NCBI GenBank assembly: GCA_039621445.1
Contig: CP154954.1
Location: 9,302,634-9,366,633 of the forward strand
Reading direction: 5' to 3'
Length of the DNA: 64,000 nucleotides
Source: Euglena gracilis
Lineage: Eukaryota
Shown here: positions 16,943-32,200 of the stretch, one piece after another
How the letters are laid out: each line of letters begins with the position of its first letter
How positions within the stretch are numbered: the first letter of the stretch is position 1
Made by a program: the position numbers and the translations under genes
Notes under the pieces: model-generated
What the model was told of the DNA's origin: nothing
What the model saw: the letters and a program-made list of their open reading frames with translations, nothing else
The model's database searches: none

Positions 16943-19900
16943 TCACATGTATGACTGTTTTAGAGTTCGCGCATACCTTGTGTGGGTGTGGGTGTGCGTG
17001 TGTAGTGATGAATGGTGATGAGGTGTGAGTGTGTGTGTGGTGTGTGTGTGAGGGAAATGAATGAGTGTGTGGTGTGGAGTGTGATGAGTGTGTGTGCGAG
17101 TGTGTGATGGGTGAGTGTGAGTGTGTGAGAGTTGTGAGGGTGAGTGTGTGAGTGTGTGCGTGTGTGTGTGATAGTGTGAGTGTGTGAGTGAATGGTGAGT
17201 GTGGTGAGTGTGTGTGTGTGTGAGTGAGTGTGTATGAGTGTGTGAATGTGTGAGTGTGTGGTGTGTGAGTGTGTGTGAGTGTGTGAGTGTGTCGTGAGTG
17301 TGTGTGCTGTGTGAGTGTGTGGTGAGTGAATGTGAGTGAGTGAGTGCGTGGTGAGTGCGTGAAGTGTGGTGTGAGTGCGTGTGAGTGAGTGAGTGTTGAG
17401 TGCGTGTGAGTGCGTGCGTGAGTGTGTGTGGTGTGTGTGTGTGTGTGTGAGTGTGTGCGGTGTGCTGGGTGGGTGGGCGTGTGGGTGGGTTGTGTGTGTG
17501 TGCGTGAGTGCGTGAGTGTGTGGGGGTGTGCGTGTGTGTGTGTGCGGTGAGTGCGTGGGTGTGAGTGTGGTGGTGAGCGTGGTGCGTGCGTGGCGTTGTG
17601 TGCGTGTGGGTGTGTCTTGTGTGCGTGTGCGGGCGTGTGTGTGTGTGCGTGAGTGCGTGCGTGCGTGAGTGTGTGTGCGTGCGTGTGCGTGGAGCGTGCG
17701 TGCGTGGTGGCGTGAGGTGCGTTGCGTGAGCGTGTTGCGTGTGTGTGGGGGTGGGTGGGTTGGGGGTGGGGGGGTGGGTGGGGGTGTGGGTGTGGGTGGG
17801 GGGTGGGGTGGGGGGGGGGGGGGTGTGGTGGGGTGTGGTGTGAGTGTGGGTGGGGGGGGGGGGGGGGGGGGGGGTGTGGCGGGGGGGGGGTGGGCGGTGG
17901 CGCAGGGCGGGGCGGGAGCGGGCCGCCATCCGCAGGTTGCGTGGCCACAACCATCCCATTAGGGACCAGGACTCCGTAGAAATCCCGCAGGGGGTGGGGG
18001 GTGAAAAACCCCAACAATGCGCTGAAAATGCGCAAAAAGCGCATTTTTTGGTAATTTTGGAAACGCATCCCCCCCCCCCCAAAGCCCAGGGATAAATGCC
18101 TTCAACGGGAAAAGTAACGTGGGGTAGGCATGTGTCCCCATGTGCCCCTCACATGACCCCTGCCCAAGTGCCCTACGAGGAGAATCAGGAAAAAGCTCAT
18201 GAGCCATGGGTGGCAGGATAGCACCCCGGACCAGTGGGGCTGTTTGATGTTTGACAAGTTTGCACTGGAGAACCCTCAAGAAGCAGAAAGTGAAAAACTA
18301 AAAATCCGAAAACAACCGCAGCAAGTGGGACAAATGGGGGAAGGTCGAAACAAAACACACACAAAAAGCAGAGAGAATTTCTCATGGGAAAAACGGAGCA
18401 TGAGACTTTTGCATGCAAAACAAGGGGTGAAGGAGAAAGATCTATTAAAAAAAGGCAGAAAAAAATATTCCAGAGTTGGGAAAAATCAAAGAGACACTAT
18501 TCACACCACACAATCGGAGAACTGCGGGGGAACACACCACAACAACAAACGCACGGTCCGGGCTGCATGCCCGCGAACGTCTCCAGGAAGCCGTTGCCGT
18601 ACTCCGCCAGGCCGCGGAACGGCATGTCGGCGTTGGAGGTGAGGATGCGGCCGGACACCGTGCCCTGCTCCCCGCCGTGGAGGATTGGGGGCGGGGGCTG
18701 GTGGGCGAGGGGGCGGCCGGCCGGAAGCCCCTGCTGTGGGTTGTTCCCGTCCTTCGGACTGCCAGAACATTGCACACTGCAATAGCAAAATGCATAAACC
18801 CCCCCCTAATAGTGCTGCGGGGCCAATAGAGCTGCGGGTCCAAATAGTGCGGCACTCCCCGCCGCCGGAGGCGGCCGTCCAATAGTGCGGCACCCCCCCC
18901 AAAACACAGCAATGTGAAATGCGTAGAAGCCGGTGCAACCAACTGTAGGCAGCTTTTGTAACCCGCAGAGAGGGGAAAGGGGGCAAATTCCCGCCCGAAC
19001 AACTCACGGAAGTCGTCCGAAGTTGAAACGCACGACCTCACTGGCCTCAGAGTAGGACATTGAGCTGGCAAACAGGGTGTCTGTGGTGATAGGCCGGGAC
19101 TAAGAGGTACACAGTCCAATAGTGCGGCGGGTCCAAACAGTGATAGGCCGGGACTAAGAGGTACACAGTCCAATAGTGCGGCGGGTCCAAACAGTGCTGC
19201 ACCCCCCGCCGCTGGAGGCGGCCGTCCAATAGTGCGGCAGTGCAATACTATTTGGGGGGGGGGGTTATTCCTGCCCAAATGAAGGATACTATAACATCAA
19301 AATACAAAAATTAATCGAAATGATGATTAACTATAATATATTAATCAAAAATTGGCTTCAAGTTCCCAAGTATTTTCGAACCCAGTACGAATCGTCGTAG
19401 TAATCTTTTAAAGACCTATGACGGGGCTCTAAAGTGTGGGAAAGTGTAGCCCAATGACAGAGAAGAGCATTAGGCATTCTTAGGTATAAAAAAAAAATGA
19501 ATTTCCAAGCAAATGAAAAATGTCCTCGGAACTCTCAACTCCCAACAATCATGGAAACAAACCACGTTACCCTCCCCCAGCAATCTGAGGTAGGTATCCT
19601 TAAGCTGTGAAGCAAGGCAGGGCCTACCTGACCCAGACTTCAGACAAACCACGCATGGCAAAGCATGTGTGAAGGAATTGTTGCTACATTTCGACGTGCA
19701 GCCGACCAAGGGGAAATGTCGGCGATGCCAGCACCCCAATAAGAAGCCACCCGGGGTTTCTATTCTGTCACACTGCTGAAAGCCACGGGAGACCAGGGGG
19801 TTGGTCATATGAAACCCCTCACCTGCAGCCCTTGACCAAGGGTAGTCGGTGGGCAAATGGGGGGGGGGGGGAGGACCACCGGCCCCCGACCACGGTCCAC

Positions 19901-20302
19901 TTGTCGGTGGTCGGCTGGGGCCCCGTCCACAGGTAGTCGTGGCCGAGGAGGTAGTTGATGAACGTGGACTTCCCCGCGGAGAAGGGGCCGAGGAAGAGGA
20001 CGAACGGCTTGGAGGACTTCAGCGTGTCGGCAAACCAGCTCGGCCGGAACACCTCGTACTGGAACCGCCGCTCCACGGGCTCGATCGGGGGCAGGCGGGG
20101 GGCCGCAACGCACGTGTGCGCACGCACGCACACATACGCGCACGCACACGCACACAACACAACACACCCACAAATACACACATACACAACACACACACCA
20201 ACATACGCAACGCAATAGCACAGCACAGCACAGCACAGCGCAGCGCAGCACAGCACAGCACAGCACAGCACAGCACAGCACAGCACAACACACACAAACT
20301 CC

Positions 20303-20368
<66 letters not shown>

Positions 20369-23253
20369 CATACCCTCCCCCCTTTGTGCAAGTCACACCA
20401 ATGTTCAGGGAATGTGCCATTGACACGGGGGGTGTCAATGACATGGTGTGTCAATGACACTGTCGTTCAATGAAAAAAACCTCAGGTATCATTCCGGAAA
20501 AAAGCTGTTGACATGGGGGTAGGTGTCAACGGTAAAATCTGTCTTGGACAAGGGGGGATACCAGGCTTCTTTTTACCAACCCTGGGGAGGGGTGCCTTGT
20601 GGGGCCTGCCCATAGCAGGCACACCCCCCGGGTCGGTTTTAGGTCCCAGTGCCTGCCGACCAAGCAATTTTCCTTGAAAATGGTCATTTTCGGGCCTTCG
20701 GGCGCCTTCGGAGCCGGGTGGGGGGGGGGTGCTTCAGCACAACTCACCCCGAACCCGACCCCCCCCCCGGGACCAAAAGTGCCCTACCCCCACCAGCCTG
20801 CCTGTGGCACCCACTCCCCCCGGGGAGGGGGGGGGGGCGAACTTCCTTCAAACCCTGCCCACAACCACCGGCCGCCGCCTGGCCGCCTCGTTGTAGATGC
20901 GGCGGATCTCGCTGCACGTCGCGTCAAACTGGTCCTGCCACGACATGGCGGCCCCGGCAGGCCCCGGCCCGTGTCGGGGGGGGGGGGGACTCATACGTCA
21001 GAAACACTTGGCAATTGTGCTGTGATATCTCGGCTTTTCGTTTCACTCCGGCCAATGCAGGCAAGGAACCGGACATTCGGTCATCGGCTGCTTCCGGGTT
21101 TGACTGCCTGGCATTCCGGCGGATTCAGACGGGACGATTCGGTGGAAGCGCTTTTGCCATTTTGTGGCGTTCAAATAGTGAAGTTTGGGCACCCCCTCCA
21201 CCCATCGACCGCCAGTGACAGGCATATCCTGCGTCCTACATGCTGAAAAAGAACTTGCCAAAAATTTGACCCAGATCCTATTGTATAAGCCCAAACTTCC
21301 CAAAAAGGGGGCCAAACACCCACCGACGAGGGGGAGGGCTTGGGGGGGGGGGGGCAACATCAGCTGGAAAAAATGATTAAAACCCATATTTTTAAAACCC
21401 ATAGTGTCTGGGCGCAAATCCGGGGGGGGGACAAGGACCACAAAAGAGCAAATAAAGGCAATTAACTGGGGGGGAAAATCAAGAAAAAAATGAAAATGAA
21501 AAACAAGAAAGGGGGAAATGAAAAAAAAAACTGCAAAATAATCCTGCGAAATGAGACCACCCCACACTAAAAGCTCAGAAGAGAAAAAAAACACCTGGCC
21601 TCATCCAAAAGACCACCATCCAAAAAGCTGAAAGATTTCGTGTGCCGGGGTTCTGGAGGTTCACAGCCGCAGCCTGTCCCCAACTTCAGGCCCAAGCGAG
21701 CCGGTGGGACGCCGCGGCCCACGGTCTGTCGCCCACACTGCGATGAGCTGACGAGACATGGGGAAGAAATAATTTTCGGGGAAAGGAAATCCGAGTTTCA
21801 AAAAAAATATTGGTATCGGATGCGCACTTGAAGATACCAAATACCATGTCCCCTCCTCCGGATAACTCGGATTATTGCAGACCTTTTCTCTCGTTCCTCC
21901 CGGGTGGGAATCATTCCAGGGGACTTTTGGATGGTGAAGGGTGTGAAAAGGTGGCCGGGCGTTGCGGAAGGCAGGTGGGCTGAGAGGGCGCCGTTGGCTT
22001 GCCCAAAAAAAAAAACGTTTGGATGGCTTGCGTGCCCCCCCCCCGCCTCAGATTTGGGGCCGGAAACGGACATCGATACCCCATTAGCTGTTGGCCGACC
22101 CAATGCAGACGTTTATGAACCAGCGGTACTGTTGGAAAATAGCCCACTGAGGCGGAGTGGTGGCCAATTGGGCAGCAGCACCCAGAATGGTGCCTGAACG
22201 GCGGATGACTGCGTTGAAACCACGAGCTTTCGAGCTTTGGGTGTGCATCGCCCAATGGGTTGGTGACCATTGATTGGCCGGCTGGAGAATTCCAGAGGGG
22301 GATTGCGCAGTTAAAAAAAATTAGCAATTTCTTTTGGGGACGCGCGCGTGTATGAACCAAGTGCATGCCACTGGAATTGTGGTACAATTACACACTTTCA
22401 ATGTGTTCCCAATCCTAGGAAGCACCGGGAGGATCGCCACTTTGGGATCCAACAAACTTGAAAATTTGAACACAGGGGTGAAGAAAAATGGCCAAAATTG
22501 CATCGGGCACCTTTGGTCTTTGGCGCGCTTTGCCTCCCGGGGAGGGGGGGGGGGCTCAGTCAGCCACACTGAATAAAAAAAAACCTGACCCCTGGAGTCG
22601 TCCATGACCCAAAAAAAAATCGAGGTTTTACATCAGAACGACGAAAGGGAAGTGGAGCGGTTGTCTGTGCGCAAGTTTATACAGCGGAGGCACAATTGGA
22701 CGACGGAGGCAGAGAACACTGCATAGAGTGAGTGGTCGAAGTCTCTTCACTAGTGGAGGCAGGGGGAGAGGGGCAGGGACTGCGTGATGTCGATGGGCAT
22801 CAGTGATCAGGGCCACGTGAACGGAGCAGGGCCCCAAATGGAGGGGTGGGCGAACATCCAATCGCTGGACACGCCAACAAGGTACTTTCTTTGAAGGAGA
22901 AAAAAGCGTCCCCTGAGTCACACAGAGGAGTGCCCATTCAGGTCAGCCACAATCCACTCTTGGACTGCTTGAAATGCACATTTTTTGATTGTGTCAAAAA
23001 CACAACCGTTGCGTGTTACGCAGATTGGCACTGTCCATTGCAGTGCATTACGCAGACTGGCGGTGTCCAGAATATCCAATCACACCATAACTTGAACTTA
23101 AAAATGCCATTTTAATATCTTTGTCATTTTCTTCCACTTCATCTGGCGGAGTGTGACGATTTGGCTGGCACGTGTGGTTAAAATACCCACTTGTGGTGTA
23201 GTGAACAATTGAGAGGACCTAGGGACCAGATCCAAAACAGGCAAACGGTGCAT

Positions 23254-23339
<86 letters not shown>

Positions 23340-25149
23340 GCATAAAACAACGACCAGCAACGTGGATGGGTGGGACTCCTTCCGAGCTATGAATTGATGA
23401 AATGGGCAGTTGAAGGCACACGTGGAGAGGCCAATGCACGTCCATCATCTTGCTAACTCTCTCCTGGACGTCTTGTTTGCATCTCCTGCACCTGCTTCCT
23501 CTCAGAAGATCATGGTATGAAATGGAGGGGGGGAGGCTTCCATATTCATAGTCACTTGTGTATGTCTGCAGTATGGAATAAAAAAGGGGAGAGGGGCTTC
23601 TGTTTGAGCCAATGATCGAAAACCAAGGAGAGATTCTATTCGTTGGAAAGGAATGAGGCCACGGGAGTGCACTCGGAACCCCCAACAAACCCACCCAAGT
23701 TATTTTCCCAGTCCATCTGCTTCTGCCCAAAGTCTGCCTAGAGTAAGGAATGCGCCTTATCCCAACGATACAGTGCCAAGAGCTCAAATGCAACCTCCAT
23801 GGAAGTGCATACATCGATGTAGCAATGTGAAAAATAATAGAAACCCCATGGGGGCTAAGATTTGTGGGAAGGCACAAATAGTTCTCGATTGGGGGGGTGT
23901 GAGCATCCACCGAGAAATGGGAGAATCCCCCCCCCAGAAACAGGCAACAACCCCCATCTGCCTGAAAAGCAGTGCAGTGAAGCCCCTGCCTGAAATTGCT
24001 TCACCCAAAATTGGCCAAACATATTTAAGGCAACAATACTCCCGGCCGAATATCCTGCGGCTCTTCGTTCCCAAGGCAGAAAGGCTTGGGGTGGGCCACT
24101 GAAAACCATCCGCGGGTTCACTCACAGTGCCCTCTCCCCACAGCTCAGGCTCTGGTACCCAGAACGCTGGAAGGCAATGTGTTTGGAAATGGGGGTCGGG
24201 AGCAGGAACGGGAAGGAAGATGGCAGCCACACAGCTGCTTTGGTGGGGCAGACCTTCCACTGTCACTTTTGGAACCATACCGGTCCCGCCTTTGCCATGG
24301 GGGAGGGGGGGAATGGATGAACCCTCAAGAACGCCATGAATGGTTTCTCAAAAAAAAAATGCAGCACGTGCTGTGGGGCTGCGTGGTACCTGCAAATAAC
24401 CCGTGGAATTCCCGATGGCTTGCAATTCCCTGGTAAACAGAGCAACCCCCATTGCCGGTATACATGCATACGCCGTGTGCAAGGTCCTCCTTGGCCCATA
24501 CGAAGGTGTTAATGGTGGAAAATTGACATTAACAAAATTCAAATCTTTTTCTCGAAGCCCAATGAAAGCAGCGTCATTGTTCCTCTCCCACCCCCCATCC
24601 CAGCAGGATTGTGGGGGGGGGGATATTTTTGGAGGAAAAAACTGGCTCAAACTGTGCAAATCTAATTTTTAAACAATTGATTCCAGAATGCGGAAAATGT
24701 AATTTGCATTATTTCTTGCAATCTTTGGGTATGGTGGCACTCACCAGGCATCCAGCATCCTCCTCTACTGTACTGTAGGCCTTTGAATGAGACGGGGGTC
24801 CAAGATGGTGGGCGGGAACAAAAGTTCACAAACTTTTAGGAGTGAAGACTTTCTGACCTCAGTGGATTTACCCCTTTTGAATATTGTTTTTTTGTCACCA
24901 AACGTTTGAGAGTTCCAGTTTTTGAGATTTTTTTGGGGAACACCAATATTTGGACAGCCAAAAATCCAACCAAGCACAGGTCTTTGACAAGTCTGCGCTT
25001 CTTCTCCCGGTCAAAAACCTGTCAATGAAAGAAAAGGGAAAAAAGTGTGTCAAGCTGTTGTGTGAAGGCAGCGCACAACGAAGTGGGGGGGGGGGGGGGG
25101 AGGGGGTCAACTATGTGGGAGGCCAGGTTATCAGGTCGGGTCAAGTGTC

Positions 25150-27841
25150 CGCTTGGACCACCAGTTGCGTGTCGGTCAGGATGGAGCTGTCGGAGTGGGA
25201 GTCGACCAACGGGGGCATGGCCAAGGCGGGCATGTGGGGGGGGGGGGGCACCCCCACACCACAGTCCCACCCGCACCCCGCCGGATTGGGGCGGAGTTGG
25301 GGCAGGTCATGGCCGATCCCCCGGGGTGGGTTGGCCATTGCCTCAAAGTCCAACCTGGAGGTCCGTCGTGGGAGGTGGCACTCGTAGGGGGGGGGGGGGG
25401 GCACACAGTCCCCGGCCGCCAAGGAGCACGTCCGCCCCGCTGCGCATCACCTCCTGCTGCACGTACTTCAGGCAGAGGAGGGCCCCGTCGGGGTCGGGGG
25501 GACAGGGACGCCTCAGGATACTGACCCCCAGGGACTGGGGAAATGGCCCCTACACAGGTGGGTACCGGGGACACCGGGCAACTTGCTGGGTGGGGTTGGG
25601 ATGACAAGTTGGCGGGCACCGTGGATTCGAGCAGTTCCGAGTGCAGGTGCTGGGTATGGAGCTTGGAGTCGGGGCGTACTGCTTGCAGAGGGGTCAGTGT
25701 TGTTTGGGGGGGGGGAAGCTTGTGAGGAAGCCCCCTTGCCCCCGTGCTCCCACCTTCTTCCTGCATCATTCAGCTGGCGGTTTCACACCGAAGCCGGCCA
25801 ACAACATCCATCCGGAATCAGCAGTTTTCCCGTCTCGTGTTTTCCAACTTTCCGCGTCGCGACGTTCGGTGGACCTCCCACCCCCGGCGGCCCTGGCCGG
25901 GGAAGCCGCCGAACTCCACGCAGCGGCCCATCACGAGCCGGAGCCGCAGGTGCATCGTCCCGTGGCCGAGGCAGCCGCCGGGCACCGCGTCGATCTGCTC
26001 CACGCGGGCCCACGACGGCCGCAGTGCCGGGGGCGCTGGGGTGCCCCCCAGGGGTGGAACCCAGCCTGACCCGGGGTCGAACTGGGTGCCAAAAAAAATC
26101 GAAATTGCAAAGAGACCAAAAGCTGATTGCTGCAAAAAACTGATTATGCAAAAAAATTTGATTTCTTGACCCCGAGTTTGTCCTGGCCAGCCCTTTTCCG
26201 AACCATTTTCACCCATTTCTGACCCATTTTTTTGGACACTGTTGCACCCCAAGAGCCAGAAATCGGTCACCGTCCAGCCGCCCTTCGGGAAGGTGGAAAT
26301 AAATAAAACTGGTTGATGGGGGGAGGCGTGTCCGAGGCTGGAAAAAGGCTGCTGGCTGGCTGGACCCCGGGGGGTGGGGTCAAATTTTCTCAAGCAACGC
26401 CCTGGGAGGAACCCTCCTCCAAGCCCACCTCGCCTGCGTACCAGGTTCTGTGGCCCATCCTGATCGTTGGCATTGGCTTGCGGGCACAGAACGCTTAGCC
26501 ACCGGCACGCCATGTGTCCTTCTTGCTATTTTGTGCGGTGGCCCGAGGGTCAGCACCTGGTATTGCGTGTTCCTTTGGGGAACGGGATATCAGTCTCCGG
26601 CCTCAACAGCCGACTGGCTCGCTTCCCCCGCCACTGCCCACCGTCACGCGGCGGAACCGCGCGTAGAACGCCAGCCGCTGGTACGTGACGTACAGCGTCC
26701 CGCTGCGCCCCCGGCAGGGCGGTTCGCACAGCCCCCACCCCCCACCCCCACCCACCAGAGGTTTTCTTGGGGGGGGAGATCGGGCCCCTCTGAACCAACC
26801 CCCCCCCTCAGGGGGCCCGCCCGGGTGGCCGGGGGGGGGGGGGCTCGAGGGGACCCACTTTTGGGAGGTCCATTTTGGGTCCAAAAAACTCCGCCTCCAG
26901 CTGGGTACCCACTCAGCCCTGTTTTGGGGACCTGCTGGGTGTTCTTTTTGGAAGTCTTTCGGACGTGTGGATTCCCTCTGGAAAGCAGCTCCCCTGGGAG
27001 GATTGGAGGCCAAAGTGTGGGGGTGGATGGCAGAGAGTTTTTTTTTATTTAAGTTTTGTGACCCGGCGGACGGGGGGGGCAGGTGGGTGGGTGCCACCTG
27101 AGCCCCCCCCCCCAACATCCAGTGCCCACCACGTTGAGGTTCTCCCAGGCCTCATTTGCACCACTGATCGAACCCCCTACTGGGCTGTCCGAGGTTTGTG
27201 TGTGTCAAGTTTCATCCATTTATTTCTATTTCATTTCTGGTCATCAAGGATCTCCGGTGCCACAAACAGCAGGTCAGAAACTGTGCCGGCAGAAGGAATT
27301 CAATCAGGGGTTTTCTTAAGGACCCCGGGGGGGTGGGGTTCCGCAGGCCGGCTAGAAAAAGGTGCTGGCTGGACCCCTGGGGGGGGGGGGAGGTGGTTCG
27401 CACACGGCTGGCAGCTGAACCTGGCGGCTACCCAAAAAAAAATGCACCAAAAAGCCCAAATCCAACTGGGTTGGAATTTCTCAGCCAACTTTAGGTAGAA
27501 AAATCCCAAACCACCCAAAAAGACCATTTTTGGCCATTTTTGACCCCTATTCTCCAAAATTTTCAGCACTTTGCGTCGAAAATGTTTTCGGACCAGTCCT
27601 GCTTTGCCGGGCTGGCCCGAACTGCATTTCAGCAGAGCGCGGGGGGGGGGGGCAACCCGACTGGGAGGTGCTGGCTGGAAAAAGGTGCTGGCTGGTTGGA
27701 GCCCCCCCCCCCAGGGGTATGGTCCCCTCCGGCTAAAGAAAACCCCTGACTGCCATCCAGCCAGCCTTTCTCACCCCTTGCACAAAGCGCCAGTTCCTTT
27801 GCGGACGCAAAAAAAACAAGAGTGGCAACTGACAGCAACAG

Positions 27842-27880
<39 letters not shown>

Positions 27881-27933
27881 AAAAAAAAAAAAAAAAAAAA
27901 AGAAAAAAGAAAAAAAAAAAAAAAAAAAAGAAG

Positions 27934-28024
<91 letters not shown>

Positions 28025-28065
28025 AAAAAAAAAAAAAAAAAGAAAAAAAAAAAAAAAGAAAAAAG

Positions 28066-28146
<81 letters not shown>

Positions 28147-29076
28147 AAAAAAAAAAAAAAAAAGATCCGCGTGGCGGAAGGTGCGTTGGAACCGGCGGTC
28201 CACCTCCGGCACAAACGCGTGGTGGAAGCGCTGCAGCTCCTCCACCTGTGGGGGGGAGGGCACCACAGGGCCGGGAAATCCGCTTGTGCCATTTCGTTTA
28301 AACTTAAACTTTAAACTGATGGAGTGCCCCACCCCCCTCCCTGGGGGGTTCGGCCCCGTCCCCCCCCCCCCGGACCATAATATTCATTCTCTCGAGAAAT
28401 TCTCAAAAATTGATTTTTTGAACGAAAATTGCACCCCCAGCGGAATGGCAGAGTCGGAAGGGGCGGGGGGCGGACCAATCAGGGTTGTATGGGAAGCTCC
28501 GCAGACATGAGTTGGGGGTCAAACGGAGGTGATTCCCCCCGACCCCCGGGGTCCATCCCCGTACCCACCCACCCACTTTAGAAAAAAGCCTGGCACCGCA
28601 GTGACCCCCACCCCCGGGGAACCGTTACCTCGACAGTCGGCAGCTGTCGGCAGCACTGGGGGTGTTCAAACGACTTCCCAATCATGACAGGTCCGTTGGG
28701 ACTGGGGACACAGGACAGTTTCCCGGGCGGGACCCTAACAGCTTCTCGGACAGGCCAGGTTGGCCAAGCGAGTGTGTGGCATGCTTGCGACACTCCTGCA
28801 GGCTTGGGGGGTCGCTTTGAAGGATTCACGTGGTTGAAAGAGAGTTCCTTTGAGTTTTGCACGAGGTGGGCATCAACAAAGACAGAAAAAAGACTCAAGT
28901 CACAAGTGTACCGAAAGTCCTAAAATGCCATTGGTTGCCCACCTGGGAGGGGTCACTGATTTCAAAAGATCAGCTAGTCACCCTTTGGAAGCAAGTCACC
29001 CACTTCGCACCACCATTGGAGGGAGGGCACGGTGATTCTTGGGTCAAAATGGCTCAAAATCAATGGTTTTGGGCTG

Positions 29077-29109
<33 letters not shown>

Positions 29110-29132
29110 AAAAAAAAAAAAAAGCAAAAAAA

Positions 29133-29224
<92 letters not shown>

Positions 29225-32200
29225 GGGAGGAGGTGGTCCGAGACAAAAAAAAACCTGATGAAATTATGCAGAGGTGTGGTCTGGGATCATAGCACAGGGT
29301 GGGGGGTGTGCTGGCCAGGCCGCACCCTCGATGCGGTTGGTGAGAATAACATGAGGGCTTTTGAAGTGTTCCTGCTCACACATTGGAGTCTTGAAATTCT
29401 CCTGCAAAGGAACTTGCAACAGCAGCTCAGAACAAAAAAAAGCAGCGACTCGGAAAATGCTACTCAGGTTTCCCGGCTTCCACTCTGTCCGGGGGCGGTG
29501 GAGGGCACACACCTGCATGCCACAGAGCTGCAACTCCTGCACCAGCTGTCGGTCGGGGAGCCATCTGCGAAGCTGGGCCGAAATCCAAGAGGAGACTCCC
29601 ACCCCCCTGTGGCCCCCCGGGAGGGGGCCACAGGGGGGAGATTTGGGGTGGCACCGGAAAGAATTCTCGGGAGGGCGCCCCTTCAGGGAGTTGGGAGAGG
29701 GGCTTTATGGACAACACACCACACCACACCACACCACACCACACCACACCACACCACACCACACCACACCACACCACACCACACCACACCACACCACACC
29801 ACACCACACCACACCACACCACACCACACCACACCACACACCACACCACACCACACCACACACCACCACACCACACCACACCACACACCACACACACACA
29901 CCACACACCCCACACACCACACCACACACACCACACACACACCACACCAACCACACCAACCACACCAACCACACACCACACCACCACACACCACACCATA
30001 CCACACAAACCACACCATACCACCATACAACACCACACACCACACACATACACCACACACCACACACCACACACCACCACCAACACACCACACACCACAC
30101 CACCACACACACCACCACACCCCCAACCACCCCCCACAAACCCACCACACCACACCACACCACACCACACCACACCACACCACACCACACCACACCACAC
30201 CACACCACACCACACCACACCACACCACACCACACCACACCACACCACACCACACCACACCACACCACACCACACCACACCACACCACACCGTATTATTC
30301 TGTGCTGCTCTGTGCTGCACTTGGCCTTATTGTGTCAGTCATCTTGCTGTTTTTGCAGATTCCCATCAGGGTCCGGCGGTGGGAGCGCTGCAGCCAGCCC
30401 TGATTTTGACCCAGCCACGGCGCACTTCCTGCTAATGCCCACTATCTTACTGCGCCTCTTTTTATATCTTTCCTCCTCCTGCAGGTTTTCCTTCTTTTTG
30501 CGGTACCCCAAATTTTAAACCCTATGGTTTCACCCCTGTGCAGCCCGCCCCCCCTCCCCAAAGAGGCGTCTGGCATGCGTTGGCGACCTTTTTCGTACCT
30601 CTAAATTTGGCTTCTCCATAAGGTGCGGTGTTGTGTGGTGTGGTGGCTGACCAATGTGCCACGTTCCGACCCAGCGCCGCGGGGCCCAACCCCGGCCCGA
30701 GGCCGGTTCGAGCGCTGAGATGCTGCAGTCGCTGCACTGCCGTCTCCACGATGGGGAGGGCGTTGCCGCACGCGACGAGCAGCAGCACGTTCTGCTGCGT
30801 CCAGGGGCTGCTGGGACCCCAGGGTCCGGGGGGGGGGGGGTCAGCCGCCCCCCTTGTCCAGGGGAAAAAAAGTGGACTAAGCACCAGAATAATTGCCAGG
30901 CTGATAAAAGGCCCAAAAAAAAACTGTGTTTGTACACCTTTTTATGAAAAATCGGCCAAAGTTTGTGAACAAATCTTAATTTCGCCAGTACTTGAGGTGT
31001 CCTGGACCCCACCTCCGGGCCAAGGGGCCGGATCCACTGAGAGACCCCCCCCATTCAAAACCAACGCTCACCTGGGGGTCGGCCGCTTTGAGATCCAAAA
31101 TCCCTAAGGGTGAAGCAAAATGGTCGAAATTCTTCTCTGGTGTGCTCAACACCGGGTCACTTCGCTAATTTTCTGCTGAGCCCCCCCCCCCCACCCCAGA
31201 GGAGGTTTGGACCAAAAAAAAACAGCCAGTCCCTTGGAAATAACCAGTCAGTCAGCCCCCCAGTCCCCGGGGTCGGCCAGTGACTGAGTGGTTGTATACC
31301 TGCCGCCAGCTTTTAAACACAAATTTCCTTTACATGTGGGGGGAGTCAGGCTCACAAGGTCTTTGTGCTTCGCCCTCGTTTATTTTGAACCCCGTTTTGA
31401 GGAGGTCTCTGACAACTATATTCAGACCATTTTTTAGTGTGATTTTGGTGGGGTCACGGGCAAAATCTCGTCCAGGAATATGAAAAAGTGGATACCCCTT
31501 TTTCTGCGCCGTTTTTCGAATGTTTTCATGACCCCCATGAAAATTTGGGGCAGTATGTCAAATCCAAAACATCCTGCCTGGGATTCCCAGGTCTGCCCCC
31601 CAACCTGATGTCTTAGACCATTCGACACTCCCCAGCACTACACCTTTCCACGAAACCTGCCAACGGTGCCTGCTTGGAGCGTGCAGACGTGGCGGAGAAT
31701 CTTGAGGGAGAGCAGGGCCACTTCGGGAGGGTCGGCGGGCAGGTCCCCGGAGGTGTGCGGAAGGTGACGCGAAACAGAGCCCCAAAAAAAAGCCAAGAAA
31801 AAGCAGGTGCAAAATGAAGCAGTATGGCCATTTGACAGCAAATGTGGGTGCATACTTCATCGGACGGGAGCCTGTGCAGGTGGCTGTTCCAGGCAGTGGA
31901 GCAGCCCAAGGAGCATGAGGCGGTCAATGGGGATGTAGTGTTGCACCCGATTGCTGGCAGGCAGGGCTGCCGAGATGCTCGTTTCTCCAGGGGACAAACA
32001 ACACCCGGCGGGCCGCACTCTCCGAGCTTCCAGAGGAAACCGGTTGCAGAAAAAAATTGCAGGTTGGTCTTCTCTAATTCTGAGCCGCTTGCCACATGGC
32101 CAAGTAAGAACCGTTATCCAATTTCCAATGGCATGGGAGGGAAAAACCCCTTGCACACATACGGCCGCACAAAAAAAGTGGAGAATGAAACAATGCTTCT

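Noticed and set aside
23400-25060. Additional 3' exons of the GRAM/VASt gene (e.g. VFDREKKRRLVKDLC at ~24975-25020)
   Set aside because: They look like coding sequence, but the junctions could not be tied in frame with confidence, so they are not annotated.
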